Assembly: GCA_000934665.2 (NCBI GenBank)
Contig: JYFJ02002605.1
Coordinates: forward strand, 1 to 54,311
Origin: Catajapyx aquilonaris
Taxonomy: Eukaryota
Direction: 5' to 3'
DNA length: 54,311 bases
The position numbers and the translations under genes were made by a program. Shown here piece by piece: positions 12,672 to 24,467 of this stretch (positions are counted from its first letter, which is position 1; every line of letters starts with the position of its first letter). The notes beneath the pieces were generated by a model. That model saw nothing but the letters and a program-made list of their open reading frames with translations. It was not told where the DNA came from and ran no database searches.

Positions 12672-12780
12672 GGGTGGAGAAGCTGTTCTCTTCCCTCACT
12701 CAAAACCACACTCTTATTTCTACTTTTGTTTTCTAGAATTCCAGCACAACCCAGTGTAACTAGTAAAGTTGTCTCCTGTC

Positions 12781-13329
12781 ATGCTGGCCATGAAGGAGAT
12801 GGGAGGGAGGGAGGAGGATGAGTGGAGGGATGAGGAGAAGCTCCAGCGGATGGAGGAAGAGGAGGGTGACCAGCTATTGGAAGAATGCCGCAATCTTCGC
12901 TGCTATAAGGTTGAACGCCTGACCCACGCATTCCACTATTTCAAAAAAGAGAAGCACAGAATCGGAAAGATCAACAGGCAGATCAATCAAGACCGGAAGG
13001 CTCTCATGAAGAAGATGACTGAAGTGCCTCCGCCAACGAAGGAGGAGATGGACCTATTGGGGGAAGAGGTGAAACGCCTAGGAAAGGAAGTCCTCCGTCT
13101 AAAATCTGAGTGGGACATCGTCGGAAAGAGGATGGACCCCTGGTCTGGGGTAAATACACTCCATCCAGAGAAACCTCGCCTTGCTGTGGCCTTACTGGAC
13201 TCCGAGGGAAAATTCCGGGATGTTACACGAGTGACTACTGATAATGAGGCACAGGGAAATGAAGAGGGATCACTGGTGGGGCAAGCAGCAGGTCCTCATA
13301 AGGAGGATGAGGGCCAAGCCAATGTCGAG
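12781..13329 (+). CDS. ASB-like coding exon 1 (acidic, coiled-coil-like N-terminus)
   Basis: Acceptor TTTTGTTTTCTAG ending at 12737, ATG at 12781, 183 open codons, donor GAG|GTAATT in phase 0. Confidence 0.7.
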
Positions 13330-16300
13330 GTAATTAGTTAATTGCAGTTAACCTTTAAAGGACATTGTTGTCAAGTGACGGTGTGGTTTGACAAGGTAGC
13401 GCAACAACAATAATATGGAAGGATAAGAGGTCACAGGGCAATTCCTGACACCACCGGACCCCAACTTGTTTTGTTTTGTGGAGGGTCATTTCATGTCATG
13501 ACTTCCCTTGTGCACCATCCAGGGATCAACCTCTTGAAATAATAGGCCTACTCTTTAATCAAACACTACAGTGATTTTGCTGGTTGCAAGGTGCGTGATG
13601 TAGACCATTGCATTGGCAAAGCACTGGAGCTGGGTTAGAGGGTGGCCATTTCTGTGGGAGCCACCCAGACAGAATGCATGGATGATATTTGGACAAATGT
13701 GGTGGTGATGGCCGAGGGACCTGGAGGACGAGACCTGTGGGGTGAAAGTGTGGGTGACATAGGGTTTGCCCCAAGGCTGCTGCATGCATAGATAGGCACA
13801 TAGCTATATAGTTGCTTAATGGTTTCTTACCAATGCACAGTGCCGCGGATTGCAAAAAAGGCGGACAAAACTGGAAATACTTACTTGATTACCTTGAATT
13901 TGTTTTTGCTAAGGTTTTCCATGTCGCTGATTTCAAATCTAGTGTCAAAATTATAAAATTCAGCATGGCGGATTCAATATGGCGAATAGGTGTGACTTTT
14001 TTCGGCTCTGCCTGAAAATATGCAGCAAGGGGATGAGAGTGGAAGTAATTTGTTAAAAAATGAATGCATTTGTAACTCAGAACAGTATCCAGCATTTCTT
14101 GAACAAATATAAACTCACATTTTCCTTGTATTACAAAGAATGGTTTCGTACTGCTCAGGGATGGAAAAAGAACCGCTTCATTCCCACTCAGAAACGCTTC
14201 TTACGCTTCCGCCACCGATAACCGCTTCGCAAATGTGGAAGCGCTTAAATACCACTACCGCTTTCAGAACCTATGCGACAATATTCTGTTGCAACCGCTT
14301 CTCACTCAGTTGCAAATCCAGGAACCGCTGCGAGAAGCGCTTCTGTGCAGGGATGGAAAAAGAACCGCTGCGAGAATAAGCGCTTCTGTAGGTTCCCAAG
14401 AACATTTACCGATTTCGTACTAAGCGTTTATGTATTAGTAGTTTATGTTTATGTATTCTCCAAAAACAGTCTATTGATAAATCTAGAAGGAGTCCCCTGT
14501 AAGGGCCCCCGGCCCACTCTGGGTAATAAACATACATACATACATACATACATACATACACCCATACATACATACACACATGTTTGCACGCCATTAGCTG
14601 TGGGGACATGGCTAACACAACTTTTGAAACCTAGCTTATCCTAACATAAACTATACTAACCTAACCTAACCTAACATAAACTATACTAACCTAACCTAAC
14701 CTAACATAAACTATACTAACCTAACCTAACCTAACCTAAAATACCTAACCTACCCTACCCTAACTAACCTAGGCTGAGATAAATGGTTTTTAAACAGACC
14801 CAATTGTGGGGACATGTCCCCACAATGTATGTACCAAACCGGTCAACTCAATTGTGGGGACGAGAAATGTCCCCACTATTTGAAAATGTCCCCACAGTTA
14901 CAGTTAAAAGTCCCATTTCCGTCCCCAGAGCTAATTGAAGACCTGTACACCCATACATACATACACACACACACCCATACACACACACACATACATACAT
15001 ACATACATGATTGCAGTTTTGAAAGGTTAAGAAATGTCTAAAGTTCTGGTCTCACCTCAGATTATTTTGATATGATCATTTGTTGCTAGGCAGATTTTTA
15101 AGTCTGTATTAAGTCTCATCCCAAACCTGATCAATCATGTCTGGAATAAATTACCGTTGCAATCCTATCCCATAGGTGCTGGAGGTGATGGATCTTTACA
15201 CCACACACATTGTTCTTGATAATTCAAATATAAAAGTCGCCTCACCCATGCAACAAACCTGCCGTAGGAAAGTTTCATTTGGTCAGCCTCCCAATGTGCA
15301 ATGTCCTGAATGAGAGGTTTCCCAATGCCTAGCCTCCCTAGAAGCCCATATCTTACCCCGATGTACATTTTTTTGTGGAGATACATGTATGGTGAAAAGA
15401 CCCAGTGTCTCCAACACCTATGGGAAAAGATCACGACGGTAACGCCAGACATGTCTGAGCGGGTTAGGCGCGACACTGATTGCCATATTTACATTTCTTG
15501 AAGGACAAATGAAGCTCATATCGTAACAAACTACAGTAAAACTTCTATAAGTTGAACTTCCCTAAGTCAAAGTTCTCTATAAGTCGAAGAAAATCGTGAG
15601 CTTGGTTGGTCACAATGTAAAATAATAGGAAATAAACTTCCCTAACTCGAATTTCTATAACTCGAAGTTCTCCATAACTCGAAGTGCTGGCGGGGCCTTA
15701 CGATGGGATAAAAATGCATTTTCAGTCTCCCTAAGTTGAAGTTCATGTTGGCGAATACGGAAAATTTTCTAATTTCCCAGCCGAAGGGTCGAGAGTAGGC
15801 CACATGTACAGAAAGGCTCAATTTCCTGATCTCCGTCTACCAGACGTACCGAAAGAAGTGTTTGTCTCGATTGTGACAATTGAATCCTTGAATCTAAGAG
15901 TAGGCAAAATGTCCATAATGGAGATTTTTTAAAAACAAAACAATGAGGAACATTGTAAGTGTGATAGTGACAGTTATTTTTACGTTTTGAACACCTTTCG
16001 TCGCTAGATATAAAGGTAGCCTTCCTCATAGAGTTCTGTGCTTAAAAAATTCCAAACTTCCCTAACTCGAATCTTCTATAACTCGGAAGTTTTTTCCCGG
16101 TCCCATGGAGATTCGACTTATAGAAGTTTTACTATGTATGACCGAAACTTTAGACATTTCTTAACATTTCAAAACTTAAATCATTTAGATATGTCTACTA
16201 GTTTTTGAGTTATAGCCGCTAGGGACAGTAGGAATTGTTGGAATGAAATGCTCAAATTGTTGGAATGAAATGCCCAAATTGTTGGAATGAAATGCTCAAA

Positions 16301-19300
16301 TTGTTGGAATGAAATGCCCAAATTGTTGGAATGAAATGGTCAAATTGTTGGAATGAACAGATGAATTCTTGGTACAAAAGTATTTATATCCAATATAAGG
16401 AAATAAATTATTTCCTTATTTTGGATTTTCATATGCAAGAGCAGAAAGTATTATTTTTCTAAGTTAGTCAGAGTTAAATTTGTCCGCTTATCGGTCAGGA
16501 CCATTGAAAATGTAAAAAAAAAAAACCTTTCACAGTCCACATTGGATGTGGGGAACCAAACAGCTTTAAGGCTTTGTGCACAAAAATCAGGATGCTCTTC
16601 CTTCATTGCCAAAAGGGCATCCAACATAGGCACATCCCTGTACCAGACCACGTCTACAAGTTCTCTGAATCCAAGGACAGCGTCTTCTACACTTGCGTCT
16701 TGAAAACTCGGGACACTTTTCATCAAAGACTGAGAGTCAATAAGTTCTTTTTTTTTTTAAGTATGGGGGAAAATCCTCAAAATGTTGGAAAGACTTGAAA
16801 ATGTCGGAATGAAGCCATTTATGTCCATATTGTCGATATCGACAATGCCGAATTTAGGCATAACTTCAGCATATGAAGTGACTATATCAATTTCGCGACA
16901 ATCGCATCACTTTTGCAAAATTGTCGGATTGTCATTATGACAATTTCTACTGTCTCTACACTTATAGGGTTTCAAAATCCGCGAATTCTTTTTCGATCAC
17001 CCTGTATTTGAGAATGTTTGTTGTTACAATTATGGTGTAATGCCACAGTGAAAACTGTGACCAGATATTGAGCGAAATGGAAGGACTTAAGGAGTTTCCC
17101 TTGATTCTTTGTGATGGAGTGGGGGGGGGGGGGGGGGNGGGGGTTCCCCTCTCAGAGCAGGCTGAATATGGGATTGGTCACACACTATTCACTGTGCAAC
17201 AGACGAGCTTGCATATTCTCACAGCCCTGTACTCATCCATTTTTCACCATAACATTATTTTAGTACGACCTACGAAATGCATTATAAAATATTTGACAAG
17301 GATCAAAATTATGGAAATCTACCTCGGTTATTGCAGCATGCCGGCCACCCCAGGGTTATACCGGCATGCTGGTCAACCTCGTTTTATACTGGCAGGCCAC
17401 TTTAAGTGAGGTAATACATTGATAGGAAATACTGAGTGTCTCATTTTGGGGGATAAAGAATAATCTTCAATAAACGTTATCACTTATGTGACAACAATTC
17501 TGGAAATTTTCCTTTAAATTTTCCTTTCATTCATTCATTCTTTCTAGGGAGATCAAATGGTTTCAGCAGCGACTGGGAGAAACATGGATGGCAAATTGAG
17601 GAGGTGAGATGCAAAGATGTTTATTTGGGGTGGGTGGGAGGGGGAAATCGATTTCCCCCCCCCCCCCCCCCCCAANCCCCAAATAAACATCGTCGCCTGG
17701 CAGCGCCCCCTCTAAGTGCACTACCTCATCCGCCCCTCCCACCACCACCCCTTTCCTCTCCCAACCACCCCAAAGACCGTTACCTGGCAGGGCCCCCTGA
17801 GGGAGGCGGATAAACAACAAGTCACGGATGACATCACATAACAGTGGGACATTACTTTTGTGGTTAATAGTACAAATTAACAGATTTACTTGAAATGCAG
17901 GGATGTTCCTGGAATGAGTCCCCTGATGAAGGCAGTCAGGGCAGGCGACTTCGACATTGTGGAAATCTTCGTCGATGCGAGAGCAGACTGCAGCATTCTC
18001 GAAGAATTGTGGGAGTACCTCCCGCTTTACTGGAATGTGAATACTCCTAATAACAGGCAGGTTACCAAAACAAAAGGCAGTCTCTGTATTGTAGGGCCCA
18101 AGGTAGGGCCCCTTTATGAATGACTACTTTTATGGAGAGAAAGTTCTCCAAAGAAAAACCGTTGCTATATTTCCATCAATATGCAAGAGAATAAAGGAGT
18201 TGAAAGTCTGCACCTAGGGCATATCGACAAGACTATGGCAGATTGGATTGCAGTTGATGAATGATTCTCTTTCTGTGAGATTGAGAATGTCTTATTATGG
18301 CAATGGAAAAAGTATGATAATTATATTTAGCTCTGGAATTTTTAAATGCTGCATTTTTCCCACTTTAATATCCTTCAAACTTATACTAACAACCCATATG
18401 ATGGTTCTGTCAGATTGTGCATGCGTCATATGACTGGGAAAGCTCCAGGAACCCTGTCAAGGGCTAAGGCATATCGTCCTACTGGCACACTGTTTTATGG
18501 GTTCTTTTCCGTTTTGCCCTAAATTTGGGGTCGCGAGGAAGGGTTGTGACCTTGAACCGGGAAAAAATTTCGCCTGCGGCAGGCCACCCCCCCCCACCCA
18601 CCCAGTAACAATTTCTGGATCCACCACTGTGATGTGGCAAAGGTTGAGGACAGCTGTTGTAGGCCTAGAGTTACCTAAAAGGTGGGGGTCACATGTTTGG
18701 AGAGGGGCGCTATGTTAGTGTTGTTTTCTGTAGATACGCCCCTTAGCTTAAGGGGGCGCCAAATTTTTATTTGCCCTGGGCGCCATCAACCCTAGATATG
18801 CCGCTGCTCATGAAACAGGTCACTATTGTGCTTCTTGGCAACATGACAGCCAACTGTGAGATGCCTGCGATCCTGCTGTATCAGGGGAACCCTATTTGAA
18901 GGGTAGTGAAGTAACGTCTGACACACAGTTTAAATGCCATGTCAGGCGTAGATGCTGGGCATGACCCTGATGTGAAAATGTTGTTGAATAGTGCCATCCT
19001 TTGTGCATAAATGCTGAAATGAGGAAAGTGTCATTTTCAATGGAAGCTACGATTCATAACATGTCAGTTGCTGACCTCTGGGGCGCAGTGGTCCATGGAC
19101 CAGTGTGCACCTTTTTGTGGACGATCCTTTTGCCTCTGTACAGCACCTTATGTCATTGTAGTTTTGTATAATGGTTTTGACGGACACTAGTATGAATTAA
19201 AGTTCATTCCCCAAAGGACGTGGCAGGACAAGGTCAACTTTCCAGAGAGAGAGAGAATGTTTCACTTGTGTCCGCAGGTTGCAGTAACAGAAGTTGGGGA

Positions 19301-22300
19301 GGTGTGGTGGTTGAGATGGTAATGTCTCTGCTTGCTGAGTGAAAGGTCCCAGGTTCGATCCCCGCCTGGTAGTTCCCTTTCACCTGCGTCAGGAGGGTCT
19401 CTGACCTGCATTTTGGAGGTGTCTGGCAACCTAACCTCCTGGGGAACAACACACAACCCCTTTTCAGACATTGCACTTGCACCTACGTTCGCACCCCAAA
19501 AACCCATATCCCTACCCTACATCCTTGACTCCTTGCAACGGAGATTGAAGTTAATGAGGAAAATGGAGTGAAATGGTAGTATTCCACCCCTGTGAAAGGG
19601 CCCACGGCCTATGGGGAAAACAGCAAAAAAAAAAAGAAAAAAAGAGGTAGCAGAAGTCCCTTTGTTTATTTCCTGTTTATTTAGAGGGGTTAGATGTAGG
19701 ATTTAAAAAATATAGCTATACTTTCTTTGTGTGAATTAGGGGTCCCAATCACTTCCGGACCGGGTAATTTGTATAGGGCAGTTTCTATCATTTATTTAAG
19801 CCAAAGGGATGGCACTACCTGTGAATATACAGGGTGATCCAACTTTATCGCCCCAACAGTTATTGTAAAAATCATGTAAGCTGCTACTTTTTAAGCAGCT
19901 ACTTGCTAAGAGTTACTTTGTTGAGTATCTGGAATAGCACCTGCTGATATTAGGTCCAATGCCCATGTAGCAATTAATGAGGTAAAAAGGGTCATCCGTG
20001 TGGAACAGGTCGTCTGCCTCGCTGGCCGGGGTTGTGACTGGCCAAATGGGTCAATCGCAATAGGTCGGATGCGAACTGTTGCGACCCTGAAATGAAAAGG
20101 TGCCCATGTGCCTGTCATTATCCCTTTTATTTCCTTATCTCCAAACTGATTCATGTGTTGGCCCATTTTGGTGTTCGCTGGAGGGATTCAGATGAGGTCA
20201 CTAGCTGCCAATCAGAGGGCTAATCCGTCTTAACTGGACAGACCCGGTTGTGTCAATGAATAGGTCATTAATAATTGGTACATGGGCATTGGACTTAATA
20301 TCAGCACCATGCCGAAAAATATTAGGCGCGTAGGTACGAGGAAATAACAGGAGCCATTATAAAAATTCAAATGTGGGTGTGTGTGTGGTTTTTTTATTAT
20401 TTAGATACCCCGTGATAGGGTGGAGCCATTTTAGGGGAGAAGGGGAAGGTTCCCAAGGGAGGGCACTGTAATTATAGTCATTTCTGACTGTGAAATACAC
20501 CAGCCCTTTTCTCCTGGCCCTAGGCAGACTAGGGAGTGCAATTCTGCCCCTGCATGTCGGGTGAAAAGCGGAAAAATACCAGGCCAAGCAGAGGTGATGG
20601 GGACAGGATTGGAACCCCGGCCTCTCACTTGGCTGGCCAGTGGCGTAACCACCAGACCACCATGCCTCCCCGTGAAAATTCAAATGCTCAAAAGTGGATC
20701 ACTGCCCCGCTCTCCCCTATTATAAATTTTAGGTTGTAAAATCTAGTGGTTATTTATTTTCAGATGCAAGTTTATTATGACTTACATTAGTCTTTTTTGC
20801 AGGAACTAATATTATATCAGTCTGTCTCACACCCACAAAAAAATGGGATATTTATATTTTGAGGCCATGCTAATAATAGCAATGAATGGAGGAATCTGCT
20901 TTTCAAAACCCGAGCTCCATAGCATTAGGTGGGAAAGATAATGCATGCCTGATCTATCCTACCTATTTTTCACTATGTAATATCTTACTAGATCTGTCTC
21001 TCAGTGGGCAGTGTACTGGTTAATGCCACAGCCTTCCACTTCTGAGGTCCTACTTTTGATCATTATCCGATTGGACAGAGCTAGGTGCTTTTCACATTGA
21101 AAGAGTTTTGGGTTCTCTTTGTGTTGGTTTCTGAGGCTTTCCCGCCACAACCCCACTCATCCCACAACCAAAATTCATCACTGCACATTCAACAATAAAA
21201 GTCGAGTCAATAAAAGTACCCCATGAAAGACCCCAGTAGGTCTATCATGGAGTGTGGAATTACAGTTGACTCTGGATATAACAGACTTCAAGGGACCACA
21301 GAAAATGTATGTTATAACTAGGGAACGGATTTCTAGGTTTTTACCTATTTTTTTATGTTGTAGGCAGAACACTGGAACCAAAATATCTATCTGTTTCGTA
21401 ACATAAGTACCTCAAAAATCATAGTTTTTCAGAACCTGAAATTGCCTATTTTGGGTGTTGGGACTATTTTGCACCTATTTCCATCTTTTTGACGCCATTC
21501 TGTAAGATTTTCGAGGGGTTTGCAGGTTTTCCATTCAATGCATCCCTCCTGCTTCAACCACCGAAGGGCAAAGAAGCTGTAGGCATGCCAGATGAATTGG
21601 CTGTAAAAGACACATTTCAAGACTTTGTGTGACATCGAAAGGACATTTTCAGCGTATAACAATGCATTGTCAGACAGGCGTCGCCGAATAACTGCGATTA
21701 ATCAACGAAAATATGGAACAACTGCTAGTTTGTTTCTGTGCAACAAAATTTAATGGCCAAAAGGAGACTGTAGTAGTGTATTGTATGGGAATGAAAATAA
21801 ATTAGGACCTGCTTGATTTCTAGAAATCAGTTCCTTAGTTATAACCAAGATCTGTTATAGCCAAAATTTCACATTTGTAATAAATACACAAGTTTTCTCC
21901 TGTAATGCACGCTACTGCATTTATTAATGAAACGATCCACCAAAATACAAAATTAGATCACCTTCAAGTAGGCAGATTCAAAAAAATTCGTAATTTTCTT
22001 CTGCTGTCTCCTAATTGTTGCCAAATACACCAGAAAAAGAATGATTTTGAGTAGCGTAGATCAGTGACAGATGCGAAAATCCGCTCCACCCACACAACAC
22101 AAGGATGTATCTAGGACATCCCAGGGATGACACATTGGGATAAAGGGACGTCCAAGATCCAGATGTGGAGGTCCCTGGGACGGTCCAGGGATCACGAACT
22201 GGAAAAGTTTCGGCGTCCCTGGAAAGTCCCTGGGATGGGCCAAAGGACATCCCCCGGATCACATAGGATTGTGACATCCAGTGTACGTCCTGTGAACTAT

Positions 22301-22924
22301 CGTGGGATGACGTGCTCTGATTTGGTACGTCACCTGGATGACATGGGGACCGGAATCGTACATCACACCCACGTCCCGTGGACCTCCGCAGGATGACATG
22401 TGCATTGATTTTCCACTGCCCCCAGGTGATTTATTGGAGTGAATTCCAAATAATTATGCCTCATACGTGACATAATCATTTGGAATGGACTCCAAATCAC
22501 CTGGGCTTTCCCTGGAGGAATCGATGGTACATCAGCAAGCTAGATAGATGATAGGCTTTATGGACGCCTATACGTACCTGTGGCGCAGTACTGCTGCCAT
22601 CTATATTATAAGCTCTGCACACGACCACTCGGCATCACTCGCCAAAGGAAACTGCGCTTATTTAATGATACGCGTTCTTCCCCCCTTCTCCCGACGCGCG
22701 TTCTAACAAGAATGGCCAGTCACCACTCCCCCCTGCTGGGGGCGCGCGAAGGGGTGGCAGGGGGGCAGGCGAGGCGAATCCAAAAATTACAAGGAATGAA
22801 CCAATATACAGTGGAGCATCAATTATCTGAACAGAGTCTGCCCAGGGGGTGTTTGGATAACTGATTGTTCGGATATCCGATCATTTACGAAAAACAATTG
22901 TACCAGTGCAGTGTAATAGGAGCA

Positions 22925-22988
<64 letters not shown>

Positions 22989-23550
22989 TGGGTATAGTGT
23001 CGTACCTCAGATGAGGTCTTGGCACAGACCTTTATTTTGTCAACGTGTACATTTAGTTTGACAGCGAAGAACCCTGGTCTAAGGGCAGGGTGACTGGGAG
23101 GGGATGTGCAATGTGCAGTGCAATGTCGGCACTATGGTCATTTTGTGAGCTTCCCCGGGTGGTTCGTCTATTGGAAATCCCACCCTAGACGAAGCCGGAG
23201 ATGACCCCAAACTCCCCACGAGATGAAAGGGGGGACTGCCCGGGCTTGGTATCGAACCCGGGACCCTTCCATCCGTGGGCGCGTGCGTTACCGCTGTGCC
23301 ACTTCGCCTTCCCTTACAGGAGCAATATGAAACCAAGAAACAGTGATATTAACCACAAAACTGTATATTTTCTGTCACAGGCACGTCTTAACCAGGCACG
23401 TACATATACCTTACTGTCCTTACATGAAGTAGTCATACAGTTTAGGGGGGGAAAGGCCAATTTCTTTTGCTTGAGAGCCAAGGCTCGTTTTTTGGCGGCT
23501 AAATCTCGCACACGTTTTAATGACAGCAATTGGACAGCATCACATAGCGT

Positions 23551-23605
<55 letters not shown>

Positions 23606-24432
23606 TTTTGCTGACCCGAAAACGTTTGGTTAACTGATGGTTCCATTGATCGGTGTTCGGATAATCGATGCTCCACTGTATATCCTATTTGCTCAGATAT
23701 GCAAAGCAGCCCATTCGAATGGGCGGGTATATCGTAGCCTTGCTGTAGACGTTCTGATGGTCCGGCGGGACAAGAACAGGACTTGCGGGATGGTCCTGGG
23801 ATACCCTGTGGGGGACCTCCGCAGTATGTCGTAGGGATGAAAGACTATGATGTCCTCTGGACGTCCCTATCGTCCGGGACGAGAACGGGACTTTAGGGAT
23901 GGTCCAGGATACCTTGTGGGGGACGTCCCTAGGACGTCACAGTCTTTCATCCCTAGGACGTACTGCGGGCGTCCCGATTATCCGGAATGAATGTGGGATT
24001 TAAGCGACGTCCGCGGGCGGTCCCGGGGACATTTGTGTTGTGTGGGCAGTATTCTCTGCCTTCCTGCACGTGGGAAAGGAATATGAATAATCAAAAACAG
24101 CATTTTTCCTCCAAGGGGCCAAAAAATTGTCTGTTATTGCTGAGCTGAGGTGAAATGATTATGTTATATCAGGAGTAAAAATACACAGGGCCTTATGGAA
24201 GTTTGGCGGGACCAGCCTTTTGAGTCTGTTATAACCGAAAGTCCCGCCAGCCCCAAATGGTAATCTTATGACGATGATCAATAATGTCTCGGGCCCAAAC
24301 TTCCATAATCTGCACAATTTCCTGCACAATGTGAGCAAGCGCATGAATTTTTAGTGTAACTTGAATATGGGTTTATTGTCTGTTGTAGTCGTCTCCCCCC
24401 TAAAGGCTTGTACAGCCCAATGGGGTACGAAA

Positions 24433-24467
<35 letters not shown>

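Larger units (their letters stand above)
15012..17005 (+). mobile_element. Decayed Tc1/mariner-like transposon with two nested insertions
   Basis: PRSPYLTPMYIFLWRYM (~15337-15388) resembles the WPPRSPDLTP.DFFLWG transposase motif; inverted arms at 15015-15045 and 16146-16177; right end ..CACCCTG|TA. Confidence 0.7.
22089..24046. mobile_element. EnSpm/CACTA-type (CCC termini) non-autonomous element
   Basis: TIRs CCCACACAACACAA and TTGTGTTGTGTGGG; 2-bp TSD CA; dense subterminal GGGAC/GTCCC repeats at both ends. Confidence 0.78.

Noticed and set aside
14641..14772. True chromosome end
   Set aside because: Short, degenerate and located inside an intron.
16233..16357. 22-bp repeats as a CRISPR array or iterons
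   Set aside because: Head-to-tail without spacers, and located at the end of a TIR-bounded element.
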